From: Octopus vulgaris
Lineage: Eukaryota
Assembly (NCBI GenBank): GCA_951406725.2
Contig: OX597835.1
Span: 36,332,001-36,396,000 of the forward strand
Direction of reading: 5' to 3'
Length of the DNA stretch: 64,000 nucleotides
Part shown: piece by piece, positions 1 through 13,645 of the stretch
Layout: every line of letters starts with the position of its first letter
How positions within the stretch are numbered: position 1 is the stretch's first letter
Program-made: the position numbers and the translations under genes
The notes under the pieces: model-generated
What the model was told of the DNA's origin: nothing
Databases searched by the model: none
Seen by the model: only the letters and a program-made list of their open reading frames with translations

Positions 1-34
<34 letters not shown>

Positions 35-1010
35 GACAATACCAAACTCATTCCCTATGGATACCGTATTTATTACAACTCGTGGCTTGTAAACGTATCT
101 AACTCGCTTTCGCTCGTTAGATACGTTTACAAGCCACTCGTTGTAATAAATACGGTATCCATAGGGAATGAGTTTGGTATTTTATTTATTACACACGAAT
201 AAACGACCATATTTTATTAATCTAATAATTAAATTCTTCACATCATGTTGAAGCGCGCATGAATACAGCTTGATTTCACGTCAGTGACGTCACAATGTGT
301 AACTGTAAAAGATGTCATGCCGCAGGAAGATAGTCCGACTTTATTGCGCTAAGTTTTCAGGTGAAATGACTGATAACTGATGACTATTTAACATTTTGTT
401 AACATTCAAGTTCACGTTCAAGAAATACATAACACAGATTGAATCTTCAATAACTTTAATAATACTCAAACATGATTTCGAGTAGCAATGTCAGTCAGAG
501 TAGAGCTCAGTAGTCCAGTAAAACCAAAGAAGTTCACATTGAATGTTCCCCCAAATATTGGAGCCGAGAAAATGGAGTGCAATGAACCAAAGCAAGTGAC
601 AGCGTTCCGAGATTGACTCGACGTAACGTTGACGGTGGAGGGAGTTCACTTGCACTCGCTGCTGCTGTGTGTGACGGAGGTAGAAGCGAACCCGGCTGGT
701 CGTTGTTGCTACTAAGGATGTTACTGATGGCACGATGACGATCCATGGAAATATTGCTGTAACTATTGATGCTTTGCACATTACGATGTCCCTGGTATAA
801 AAAAAGATAGTATGTTTGTTTAATTATATGGCTACATTCTACCTGCTCGTGAAAGTTTAGTTGTAACTTATGAATGACAAAAGTAGTGCCGTCACCGTGA
901 CCTTGGGTCATCACCATGGATTGACCAATCAGAAGCAGCGCTCGCAGTATCTGACATATGTTAGATACCAAAAATATCTCAAAGTGTTCTCACTCACATG
1001 TGTGTAATAA
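35..1010 (-). mobile_element. Crypton-like (tyrosine-recombinase) DNA transposon, non-autonomous/deleted, inserted in (TA)n
   Basis: Minus-strand frame encodes GHRNVQSINSYSNISMDRHRAISNILS (G at 791-789), matching the GH...Y catalytic box of Crypton/DUF3504-type recombinases. 144-bp hairpin at 38-181; TTTATTACACAC (~185) and GTGTGTAATAAA (~1000) are inverted; (TA)n on both sides. Confidence 0.6.
38..181. repeat. Long hairpin: 42-bp + 22-bp perfect stems, TC/TC internal mismatch, loop TCGCTTTCGCTC
   Basis: AATACCAAACTC...TTACAAC and GTGGCTTGTAAACGTATCTAAC each pair with exact reverse complements downstream. Confidence 0.95.
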
Positions 1011-1235
1011 ATATATATATATATTTCAACACGGAGCAAATTATTCATGAGAAAAATAATTCACGTCCAAATACCTGAATGTATGCTGAGAGATTGTCTC
1101 AGTCCGTTTGCCTCCGGACGGTAGATTTCTGTAGTTATTATCAGTATATTTTGGCGATTTAAATGAGAGTTTTGACTGTTATTTCCAGCAGGTAGACATA
1201 CTTAGTATGTCCTTTGATTAATTGTAATCCTTCAG

Positions 1236-1276
<41 letters not shown>

Positions 1277-1313
1277 TATGTACATTTGTGTATGTACATA
1301 CTTACATCTATAC

Positions 1314-1351
<38 letters not shown>

Positions 1352-1461
1352 GCACAGTACAAAGTACACACACTGAGTGGGCCGTGTCTCAACCCCAATA
1401 GAGAAAATGAAGGTCTCCATACTCTCTCGACCAGTTAGAAATAGCAGTTAACTCTCTCGTA

Positions 1462-1532
1462 CGCAGTGGGACTGAACCCGGAACCTTGTGGTTGGTACGC
1501 AAGCTACTTACCACACAGCCACTCCTGCGCCT
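1462..1532 (-). mobile_element. SINE family A, tRNA-like head fragment
   Basis: Reverse complement of the AGGCGCAGGAGTGGCTGTGTGGTAAG...GGTTCAGTCCCACTGCG head of full copies (11640, 54674). Confidence 0.85.
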
Positions 1533-3259
1533 TGCTTATAATTTCAGCAAATGCTCTTCGCTGATCAGTGCTGATGTATGCTAACCGATAATACATCGTC
1601 GACGATTTATTGATAAACATAAAACAAAAGAAAAAATCGAAATAAGCACTTCGTCAACAATTATAAGGAAAATTATATTATACCACACGATTTAACCGAA
1701 AACGAAACAAAAAATTATCAAGCTGATAAAGCAAAGCAATGGACAAACACAAGAAACAATTCACATTCATGTTATCATATATAAAGTCGTAGCTGTAACT
1801 GTTCTCGCTTGAAGATCACGGTTGCAAGAAACTCGAGCCACGAGGAAAACATTCCATGTTAAGCATACATGTGTGTGTGTGTATATTTGAGTACGTATTA
1901 ATGCATGTCAATATAATTACAAACAACAAAGATTTACACAAACTTGCAGCAAATCATATCATTTGGTATAACAAGAACAGATTCTTCGTATTCGACACCA
2001 AATACGAATAGTTCGTCTTCAGTGAGTGCGGTTGTATCAGTGTTACTGTGTGTGAGTACGTTGAGTATATATAAACATGTTCATACACACAGATATATAC
2101 ACACAGATATATACACACAGATACACAAACAAAAATGGAGAATTCTACATATGTAATTCAAACTCTATAATTCATGATTCGCTTACGTACGTTTCAGATG
2201 AGCAAGGGTTGCTTAATACATTGGTGATTTAATTCTTCACGTTAATTGATTCATATTTAATCGACCACGGTATTACGGAAACCAAGAAAATCATCGCATG
2301 CAAATCTTCCTCAGAGCTGCCACACTGCAAAGAATGTACATATGAATATATATATCTGTATATGCATACATATATGTACATATTTATGTAAGTATGTATC
2401 TATGTTTGTATGTATGTATGTGTGCATGTATGTATGTGTGTATGTATTTATGTATGTATGTATTTATGTATGTATGTATGTATGTATGTATGTATTTATG
2501 TATGTATGTATGTATGTATGTATGTATGTATGTGTGCATGTATGTATGCATGTGTGTGTATGTATGTATGTATGTATGTATGTATGTACGTATGTATGTA
2601 TGTATGCTTGTACGTTTAAGTATATATGACGAAACTCTACCGAACCCCACACTAGCATCCCCTAAAAGGAAAGTAGATATCACATATTGGGATCCCAATA
2701 CATCGTTAAGATTAGTAATGATGATAATAAAATTGAGGAGGAGGAAGGGGAGGAAGAGGAGGAGTAGAAGAAGGGGGATGGCAATAATTGTCGTTAGCGT
2801 AATAAGGCGTGAGAGTTTGTGGTGTCAAAGTGGTTGGGAGTTGGTTGTGATGGTGGTCGTGGTGGTCGTGGTCGTGGTCGTGCTGGAGTTGGTTGTGATG
2901 GTGGTCGTGGTGGTCGTGGTCGTGGTCGTGCTGATGAAGGAGGTGACATTTGTTTGGTTTTCTTATCGGCCGATCATCCTGTACGACGTCTCAAGTCTCT
3001 CACGCACATGCACGCACACAAATACACACACATACGTACGAATGCGGACACATATACACACATCCATGTACATACATAATACATGTGTGTGTGCGTGTAT
3101 ATGTATGCATGTATGTATGTATGTATGTATGCATGTATAAGTGTGTGTGTATATATCTTATCTGTCTGTCTATATATCACGCCCCGTTTTCGTGTGGAGA
3201 CTTACTTCATTTTCCTAGCAGATTTTAAAACAAGGAAGAAAAGGATAGCAAAAGCATAT

Positions 3260-3383
3260 GGAGAAGAAGAAGAAGAAGAAGAAGAAGAAGAAGAAGAAGA
3301 AGATTAAAAAGAAGAAGAAGATTAAAAAGAAGAAGAAGAAGAAGAAGAAGAAGAAGATGAAAAAAAAAGAAGAAGAAGATGAA

Positions 3384-3418
<35 letters not shown>

Positions 3419-3600
3419 AGAAGAAGAAGAAGAAGAAGAAGAAGAAGAAGAAGAAGAAGAAGGAGAGATTGTAGAAAATGTGAGTGCCGTTGTGAATAAG
3501 GAAAAGAATTTTCTTTTTATACGGCCTTCTTCTTCTTCTTCTTCATCTTCATCTTCTACTTCTACTTTTTTCTTCCTTCTCCTTCTTTTCTTCGCCATCT
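3260..3600. repeat. (GAA)n tract followed by an opposing (TTC)n tract
   Basis: Direct reading of the sequence. Confidence 0.9.
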
Positions 3601-4021
3601 TCCGTTCTTTAAACCTTTATCATCCACTTGTGAAGCATTAAATTATGGTAGAGGCGTGTTTTAGAAGTGACAAACCCTAAAGGACAAAAAAAGGAGAAGT
3701 GGACCTGAAGAGGTTGGCGGTTTTTCAAAGATCTTATTCAAGTGGCAAACACTTTTCAAGTACTCTACGTTGTTGTTGCTGTTGTTGTCGTTGCTGAATT
3801 TTTGTTTTTGCTTTTGTTGTTGCATTTATTATTAGTGTTGCTGTTTTAATTATCGATGTTTTTGCTGTTGTCTTCGATATTATTGTTATTGTTAATGATG
3901 ATGATGATGATGGTGGTGGTGTTTTAGTTGTTGGTGTATTTGATGTTCTCTCGTTTACTGTCCATATAATTGTTGTTGCCTTTCTTGTTCGTGTTACTGC
4001 TGCTGTTAATTTTGCTGATAC

Positions 4022-4054
<33 letters not shown>

Positions 4055-4842
4055 CGAATAGATCTGGTAGAGTTAGGATGAAAGTGATTCCAGCCTTGAC
4101 TCCACCGTCTTTTATAAATTTTTGATGCGAGATGGTGCTTAATTGTGTTAATTACGGTATTTCAGTATATTCTTCTTGTTTCCATTGCGATAGTTTGTGA
4201 CGAGACAGGAGCCGTAGCTGCCATTTCTAAGCGAGCCAAATATCCATATATAAATTCCCCTCGTTCAACAACATGAGTTTGTTTAATTTTGATATTGCAA
4301 AACGAACACAAATACAGGCACACGCCAACACACACCTATATGCATTCATACATATGTGTGTGTTTGTACGTGTGTCTGTGTGCGTATGTATGTGTATGCA
4401 TATATACATCTATACATATATAAATACATCCATTTACATATATATATATAAATGTATGTATGTATGTGCATATGTGTGTATGTGTGTACGTGTGTGTGTT
4501 TGTGTGTGCACATCTCTATCCGACATAAATAATGTCCTTCAAGAGCTCCTCCTAACGATGATATTATTATCAATACAATAACCTTTCGCGTAATATGATG
4601 TGTAACTGTAGGGATCGACATAAGTGCCCTTTAAGTAACCAGTGTTTCCGAGTAAATTTATTATATAAATGTTCTCTTCAAACACCTGATAAAGTATGCT
4701 ACTATATTGTTACCACGCTATGTCAGTTTAAATCGAGATTGAATAATCATGTACGATTTTTTTAATAACGAAAGAAATTTACGTTATGCTTCCTTAGCCA
4801 AAATATATTTGGGATCTAAACGGTAGAATATTTATTAGAAAT

Positions 4843-4891
4843 CCATTAAAGGTATATAAAGACTTAGGTAGTCTTTATATACCTTTAATGG
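4843..4891. repeat. Perfect hairpin, 22-bp arms, 5-nt loop
   Basis: CCATTAAAGGTATATAAAGACT-TAGGT-AGTCTTTATATACCTTTAATGG. Confidence 0.9.
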
Positions 4892-5125
4892 TCGTGTATA
4901 TGATCAAAATGTTAATTGTTGTCACACTTCCACTGGTTATTGAAACGAGCGTAATGAAGTAATAAACGTGATACCGACCTCATCATTCCTTCGATTGTTT
5001 GTTTTATTATACAGACACACGGACACACGGACACACACACAAATACACACATACATGCACACACAACCACACGCACACATACACGTACACACATACATAT
5101 TCACACACACACACAGATGTATATC

Positions 5126-5321
5126 GCAGATGTTACGTTCCAAAACCCACCACGATAGGTGAAAATCCGTGAAGTAGAAACAATACTGTACTGTATACGT
5201 TTTAATTATCTTTATATATTTATATATTTATTTTATTATAAATGCAAAATACCACAGAAGAATCAACGTAAGCTTAAATAATAAACTGCGATAGGTGAAC
5301 CGCGATATGGCAAGGGATTAT

Positions 5322-5324
<3 letters not shown>
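5126..5324. mobile_element. Tc1/mariner (pogo/Tigger-like) MITE fragment
   Basis: Right end GCGATAGGTGAACCGCGATATGGCAAGGGATTATTG-TA resembles pogo/Tigger-type TIRs with a TA target; internal repeated CGATAGGTGAA. Confidence 0.5.
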
Positions 5325-5360
<36 letters not shown>

Positions 5361-5362
<2 letters not shown>

Positions 5363-5552
5363 CGTTGACGATTTTTTTCCTCTGTATTCCCTATCTTGGA
5401 TCTCTCCTTTTTCTATGTTTCTGACGAAGAGCTCCGCTCGAAACGTTAAATCATCCTTCTTTATTTCCTTTCCTGCGCGTCTGATAACACTATACTTGTT
5501 CCACGACCTCGCGTTGTTGTGTTTTCTCTTTGTGCTTTCATGTTTGGATAAC
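5361..5552 (+). mobile_element. Penelope-like 3' pLTR fragment with minimal HHR
   Basis: Between (GT)n and (TA)n; contains the HHR at 5418-5450; related to 28499-28695 and 52779-52972. Confidence 0.65.
5418..5450 (+). ncRNA. Minimal type I hammerhead ribozyme
   Basis: TTT-CTGACGA-A-GAGC(TCC)GCTC-GAAA-CG-TT-AAA: intact core, 4-bp stem II, palindromic ACGT stem III. Confidence 0.7.
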
Positions 5553-5583
<31 letters not shown>

Positions 5584-5662
5584 ATGTATATGTATGTATG
5601 TATATATACATATATATAGATAGTGATAGATACACACACACATACACACATATATATAGTAG

Positions 5663-5749
<87 letters not shown>

Positions 5750-7000
5750 CTTACTTTAGGTTTTCATGCACTCTTCTCTAGTTTGATTCTTGCTAACCAA
5801 ATCATGTATCACCAATGATCATCATCGTCGTTGTCGTCGTCGTCAATCAGATTGTCATCATCATCATTAGCAGCAGCATCCCACCACCTACACTATTAAT
5901 TCCGTCGTCGTCATCGTTGTCGTCACCACCCTCTTCCTCCCCCTCCCCATCATCATCATCATTATAGTAGCCGTCATTACCACCATCAGTGCGACCACCA
6001 CTGCCAACCACCACCACCACCACCACCACCACCACCACTACTACTACCATCACCTCCACACCGCCACCCACCCCCTGCTTCATTATCATCATAGTCTTTT
6101 ACCGAGATATCTCATAGCAATAATCATACCGGATTTTGAAGCGACTCAGCGTTTTTTTGTGTCGTCGCCATTTTTGTTGTTGATGTTGATGATATTGTAG
6201 TTGTTGTTATTGTATTTTTTCTTGTTATTTTTGTTGTAGGCGATTATTTTTTCGTTCCTTCCTCTCTCACTTTTTCTATACCTCTCCCCCCTCTCTGTCT
6301 CCCTCTCTATCTATCTTTTTATCTCTCCTCACACTGTCACTGTCTGTCAATTGATGTGTGTCACGTGACCTTCTCAGTTTCCGACGATTTCATTTTGTTT
6401 TGTTTTTTACATATTTTATTTATATATTTTTTAAATGTTTATTTATTTATTATATATCCCTCTTATCGTTTTTTCTATTCTATTTTTTTTTGCTTCGTGT
6501 TGTCGTTGTTGTTGTCGTTCTTGCTGTTGTTATTCTTGCTGTTGCAGCGGTGACGCCTAATGGTGACGTGTCACGCCGACGCATCATGCTACTTACGTTA
6601 CTTCTAAGGTTTCGCGCCCTGCCAAAAAAGCCCTTGTTTCTGGGGTCTGAAAAACTGTCGCCCGCTAATGCTAATCTCCTTTTATCCCACACTTTATTCC
6701 TCACCTCTCACCTCCACTCCTTCCTCACTATTTCTCCACCTCACACGTACACACACACACACATCACAAACACACGCATGCGAAACCACAAACACACACA
6801 GGAGCGCACATGGGGACGAACAGACAGATTCTCATCCACTGGATATAGAGCACCACACGAATGGATGGTATTCCAACTCCGTAAGAGTTTTAGGATCACT
6901 TTTTATCTCTCTTTGTTTCTCTATCTCTCTCTCTCTCTCTCTCTTTCTCCCTTTCCGTCTCTCTTTCCCTTTCTCCCTCTCGCTCTCTTTCTCGATATAT

Positions 7001-7068
<68 letters not shown>

Positions 7069-8349
7069 TGTGTTTGTTAATATATATATATATAAATATA
7101 CATACATACATACATACATACATACATACAGGTATATATATATGTATATGTATGTATATATATTTATATATATATTAACACACACACACACACACGTGCG
7201 CGTATACACACACATACTTATATAATATATATGTGTGTGTGTATGTGACCAGTGAATGTGTATGTGTGTGTAAATATACATGTGTGTGTGTGCGTGTGTT
7301 TATGTATTAGCATATGTGTACATGTGTGTATGTATGTGCATGTATATGGGTATGTATCTCTCCCCTATGTATCTCTCTCACACTATCTCACCCTCTCTCC
7401 CGTTCTCTCTCTCTCACTCTCTGTCCTCCTCGCTCTCTGTCCTCCCCTCTCTATTTTTCCGGAACATTTGCAAGTTTTCTCTATTTTTTTTTACAATGCC
7501 CCTATATAGGTCTCTCCCTAATCCTTTCTGTACTCAAATTACTCTTTCTCCAAAGCCACGAACAGATTTGTGAGCGTGTATGGGTGTTTGTGCGCGAGTG
7601 GGTTTGGGTATCTTTGTAAGTGTAAGAGAGAGAAAGGGAGAGGAGGAGAGGAAAAGTAAGAGAGGGGGAAAGAAAGAGAGAGAGGGAAAGAAAGAGAGAA
7701 GGAGAGAGAGTAGATCAAAAGAAAACGAGGGTGAAGAAAACAAAGAACTTAAGAGGATACACGTTTAATAGAGGAAGTGGAAAGATGGTTAAAAAGATAT
7801 TTATTTCCAGAAAGTAACACTAAATTGAGCCAAGGGAAATAACTCAAATGGGTTAATGACATGGATTTAGATAATTAATTGAAAGAGTTATGTACTGATT
7901 GACGTTCGCAAATAATTGTTAATTAATTCAAAGCGATAACTTCAAAAAATGAGAACTCGTGCTTCAAAGTTAATTTAAACACGAAAAGAAAAGACTCTGA
8001 TTTATATTTACAGTCAGCAGATAACTCTGTACATGTTTCAGTCTATTTAACGTTAACAGCATAGTGTACTCTGACCAAACCTGCAGTCCAATAAATTTTT
8101 ACATGTAGAAAAAGGACTGTGATTTTTTTGGTACACTCCGGTTTATATAATCAAATTAATTATATAATGTACTAAGGGGTTAATAATTCAACTGAAATAA
8201 TGACCAAAGTTTGGAATGTTAAATTTAAAGGGAGATTAGTGGAGGTTGTTCGAAAAAGTTCTTTATTGGAAATTGGCGTTATGTAGAATAAATAAACCTA
8301 TTTATAACGGTTCTCTGTCTTTCTGACAAAGTTTACTATTTTATCTTAC

Positions 8350-8388
<39 letters not shown>

Positions 8389-8627
8389 ATATATTTATAG
8401 ATACACACATATACACAAACACACACATACATACACACACATACATACATACATACACACATACATACATACATACATACATACATACATACATACATAC
8501 ATACATACATACATACATACATACACACACACATACATACATACATACATACATACATGCATGCATGCATACATACATACATGCATGCATACATACATAC
8601 ACATACATACATACATACATACATACA

Positions 8628-8658
<31 letters not shown>

Positions 8659-9038
8659 GTATGCACATATACTCCAGGCCACGACAGACAGACAGGATGC
8701 TTTTGAAGCCGGGCATTTGAATTTACAGAGACAATATTTATATATCACGTGAGAAAGTACAGCTAGTTCTCATAATGAAAGGAAACAGTTACATAGCCAA
8801 ATACCTGCAAGCCTAAGAAACTACATTGCATAGAAACAATTGTAGTGATTACAAATAAATTTTCAACCGTACTTTTTCTTATTCACTCCAACTTATTCAG
8901 TCACCTATTCACACACTACAGAAGCCCAAACGCAAGTCTGGAAGTACGTTTGATAAAACTACTATTGGATAGCAGAGGGAGAAATCTGAAGGTGGACAAG
9001 CTTTGTATTGTACTCTACTACGCTCTTAACAGAATATA

Positions 9039-9082
<44 letters not shown>

Positions 9083-10353
9083 AGAGCAAAAGAAAATTAT
9101 TTTCATGCCAATATGCTGATAACAGACTTTTAAATCGTCAATTTCCACATATTATTATATACCCACTACAGAAATACGTTGTGCTGAAATCGAGGAAAGT
9201 TAGCCAATAGAATTTTATTTTAAAGTTCGTTATTTCTATATTGAATCAATTTCGGAATTAATCTCATAGATTTTTTTCCTTTTCAGTAGAAAATACGAAT
9301 AGAAATAAATGAAATACTTACATGCGCCCATGGAAAAAAAAGCCGAAGCAAAAGTGATGCGTACACATAAGTACCCCAAATATATCTAAATATAAAATCC
9401 TTTGGCTACGTATACATATATAGATACGATCTATATATGTAGATTTGAAGTATTGAGTAGCAGGGATAGAGAACGAAAAGTGGCCAGTATACGGTTAGAT
9501 ATAATAACAATTTATTGGCATCGAAAGTTACATCCTTTTTCCCAGATAGAACTTGCAAGGAATTTCGATAGTCTGATAGTTTCTATATAGTTCACAGTTT
9601 GACACAAAAGCTGCTAAAAATGCGAATGAAAGTCCAAGTTGATGGAAGTGAAACGGGTAAAATGCATTCTACATGTATATCTCAATTAGCTGAAGGTCGT
9701 GATGCAAGTATTATGCAATGAGCTATACTCAACGTAGTTAATCATCAAGCTGAGAATACTATAACGAAATGAAGGCTACATTGTCACCCGGAATTTCTGA
9801 GTCAGCCACAACACAATGGTGAATTCAAATGAATAGAAAACGATAAAAAATAATTCAAAAAACAAAAATATCAAGAACATATAGTTTAGAGAACCAATGA
9901 GCGATGAAGCAAAAGAGCGAGACCCAAAATGCAAGAGTGGGCATGGTTTAGAATCGGCCAGTCTGTTGATTAGCTACGTTGGGGATAGCTCGTTACATAA
10001 CGATTCCATCACTAGCTTCAGCTACTTAAGAAACATATGTAGCAAACATTTTACCTATTCCGATCCATCGATTTGTGTGAGTGTGTGTATGTATGTATGT
10101 ATGTATGTGTCTGTGTTGTTCTAAGTGTGTGTATATATGAGGGTATCTTTTTAGTCTGTTTACAAGGTGGGCAAATGTATCTGGTGCTCTCGCTGTCAGC
10201 TGCTGGGATAAAGATTCATCTCTCCACGATGTTTACTGTTTATACACAAATCTAAGTGGAGAAATTCCTACTATGACTATTTCTGCAACGACAGGGCTTA
10301 TCACGTCCAAACACAATCAATGTGCGTCATTGTTTATTTAATAACTAATTCTT

Positions 10354-11282
10354 AAGGTGGTGAACTGGCAGAAACATTAGCACGCCGGGCGAAATGCTTA
10401 GCAGTATTTCGTCTGTCGCTACGTTCTGAGTTCAAATTCCGCCGAGGGCGACTTTGCCTTGCTTTCTTTCGGGGTCAATTAAATAAGTACGAGTTACGCA
10501 CTGGGTTCGATGTAATTGACTTAATCCGTTTGTCTGTCCTTGTTTGTCCCCTCTGTGTTTAGCCCCTTGTGGGTAGTAAAGAAATAGGTATTACGTCTGC
10601 CGCTACGTTCTGAGTTCAAATTCCGCCGAGGTCGACTTTGCCTTGCTTCCTTTCGGGGTCGATTAAATAAGTACCAGTTTCGCACTGGGGTCGATGTAAT
10701 CGACTTAATCCGTTTGTCTGTCCTTGTTAGTCGTCTGTGTTTAGCTCCTTGTGGGTAATAAAGAAATAGGTATTTCGTCTATCGCTACGTTCTGAGTTCA
10801 AATTCTGCCGAGGTCGACTTTGCCTTTCTTCCTTTCGGGGTCGATTAAATAAGTACCAGTTTCGCACTGGGGTCGATATAATCGACTTAATCTATTTGTC
10901 TGTCCTTGTTTGTCCCCTCTGTGTTTAGCCCCTTGTGGGTAGTAAAGAAATAGGTATTTCGTCTGTCTTTACATTCTGAGTTCAAATTCCGCCGAGGTCG
11001 ACTTTGCCTCTCTTCCTTTCGGGGTCGATAAATAAAGTACCAGTTACGCACTGGAGTCGATGTAACCGACTTAATCCGTTTATCTGCCCTTGTTTGTCCC
11101 CTCTATGTATAGCTCCTTGTGAAATAAGAATTGTTAGCACACCAGGCAGAACACCGATGTCGATTTTGCCTTTCATCTTTCGGGGGTCGATAAATTAAGT
11201 ACCAGTGAATCACTGGGGTCGATGTAGTTGGCTATCCTCCTCCCCCAAAATTTCAGGCCTTGTGCCTATAATAGAAAAGATT
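10354..11282 (+). mobile_element. SINE family B: head plus four tandem ~183-bp body units, followed by an older diverged copy
   Basis: Head AAGGTGGTGAACTGGCAGAA; units restart at GTATT at 10404, 10588, 10770, 10954; B-box-like GAGTTCAAATTCC and GCCTTTCATCCTTTCGGGGTCGAT-type core. Confidence 0.9.
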
Positions 11283-11639
11283 GACCAAGCGTTGTGTAAG
11301 CACGTCTTTGCACGAGTATATACGAGTTGAACTGTTTGATTTAACCATAATATTCCGGAGCTCCATTTGCATTAATCTGTGAATATACAATTATATTATG
11401 TAACGCTGAGTGTACATTTTAATGCTAACGCACGCATAATTTCTTGCATTTTATATTAATACTACATGAAGAAGATTGCGAATCGGCCATAATCCTAAAG
11501 GTGTCACGTGATTAAATTCATATACATTCACCTCTCTTACTTTCTAGTTTTACGTCGGTTGCCAGTGTTGCTATGACGTTTGTTACACAATCACGTGGTT
11601 TCAGGTTCAATCTCGTTGCGCAAATGTACCAAGCGTAAT

Positions 11640-12055
11640 AGGCGTAGGAGTGGCTGTGTGGTAAGTAGTTTGCCAACCAACCACATGGTTCCGGGTTCAG
11701 TCCCACTGCGTGGCACCTTGGGCAAGTGTCTTCTACTATAGCCTCGGGCCGAGCAAAGCCTTGTGAGTGGATTTGGTAGACGGAAACTGAAAGAAGCCCG
11801 TCGTATATATGTATATATTTATATATATGTATGTGTGTGTATATGTTTCTCTCTATATATTTGCCACCACCCCCCATCACTTGACAACCGATGCTGGTGT
11901 GTTTACGTCCCTGTAACTTAGCGGTTCGGCAAAAGAGTCCGATAGAATAAGTACTTACAAAGAATAAGTCCTGGGGTCGATTTGCTCGACTAAAGGCAGT
12001 GCTCCAGCATAGCCACAGTCAAATAACTGAAACGAGTAAAAGAGTAAAAGAGAGA
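11640..12055 (+). mobile_element. SINE family A, full length, with internal microsatellite
   Basis: tRNA-like A/B boxes (TGGCTGTGTGG, GGTTCAGTCC), internal (TA)/(TG) tract, 3' AGTAAAAG repeats; many copies in the window. Confidence 0.9.
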
Positions 12056-12185
12056 AAACATACCAATAACTTACGAGTGTATTTGATTGACGGAATTTGG
12101 GTGTATTTAACTGAACGTGAAAGTATGAATGCCAATACGCCCGCCTTTGTTTCTCGCCGTTTAACAACTGGTACACAGTGCATCG

Positions 12186-12490
12186 TGGAAGCACGTGACC
12201 TAGTGGTTAGAGCCGCGGACTATCGGTCGAGGGATCACGGGTTAGAATCTCAGACCGGGCAATGTGTGTGTTTATGAGCGAAACACCTAAGCTCCACGCG
12301 GCCACGGCAAAAAGTAATGGCGAACCACTGCTGACTCTTTCGCTACAACTTTCTCTCATTCTTTCCTCCTCTATCTGGCAGCTCACCTGCGACGGACCGG
12401 CGTCGCGTCCAGGTGGGGAACCTATACGCCAAGGAAACCGGGAAACTGGCCCTTACGAGCCTGGAATGGCTCGATAAGGAACAAACGACA
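12186..12490 (+). mobile_element. SINE family C (tRNA-like head) with V-domain-like tail
   Basis: Head homologous to 15188/16204/29200; tail CCTGCGACGGACCGGCGTCGCGTCCAGG resembles the V-SINE domain. Confidence 0.75.
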
Positions 12491-12590
12491 GCACATTGCA
12501 TTGCTGTAACATCAACCGTTCGGTAAAACTTGTCCAAGCATGCACGCAGTCCAATGAACCAAACGAGAAAAAGGATATATATATATATGT

Positions 12591-12634
<44 letters not shown>

Positions 12635-12826
12635 ATTGCTTACGTCATAAGGTAGGTTCCTCTCCCACGGATAGCGTTCTAGGAACCTTTTCTATCCAAA
12701 GAGTTCTTTAAACCAATATTTGCACGTTATTACTTATCATTTTATCTGGTTCGAGATCCACCATTCCAAAAGTGGAAAAGTGTTTTATACACGCACATTC
12801 TATTCTGAATCTATACCCGTGTATGC

Positions 12827-12919
<93 letters not shown>

Positions 12920-13056
12920 TAGATATACACACACATACATATATATATGTATATATATATACATATATATATATATACATATATATATAGATAGATAGAT
13001 AGACAGATAGATAGATAGACATATATATATATATACATATATATACATGTATAATG

Positions 13057-13087
<31 letters not shown>

Positions 13088-13317
13088 ATAAATATATGCA
13101 TATACATATATAGACATGTATGTGTGTATGTGTGTATGTGTGAATATGTGTATGTGTGCGTGTACAGTCTTATATATGCGTTCACGTATAAACTCATTAT
13201 GTATGCATTTATTACGTAGTACAAATATTAAATGTCTCTCAAAATGCTCAGCTCATGCACATGCATTAATATACGCATACATGCGTGCATACATACATAC
13301 ATACATACATACATACA

Positions 13318-13348
<31 letters not shown>

Positions 13349-13609
13349 GTGCGTATAATTATATACACGCACATACACACCCACGTATCAATATTTCTAA
13401 TATGAACTTATAAGATTTCCGGTAATGGTGTTAAAATAGGGTTTTAAGAAATTAGGCAAGGGACATGAGGGTGGTGGTGGTAGTGGCGGCGACGGTTGCG
13501 GCGCTGGTTGTGGTGGTGGTGGTGGTGGTGGTGGTGGTGGTTTAGGTGAAGGTTTGAAAGAGAGAGGGAGATTTGAAAAGAGAGACACAGAGTGATTTAT
13601 AAACGGAGA

Positions 13610-13645
<36 letters not shown>

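Noticed and set aside
7790-8352. Possible PLE pLTR with GAAACATGTA on the minus strand
   Set aside because: No matching CUGANGA or stem I found, so not called.
8744-8849. Possible HHR: ATCAC-GTGAGAA...GAAACAATTGTA-GTGAT
   Set aside because: Core has two mismatches and stem II is unconvincing; at most a decayed copy.
10404-11128. Regular ~183-bp repeats as a possible CRISPR array or satellite
   Set aside because: No unique spacers, eukaryotic context; units are SINE bodies.
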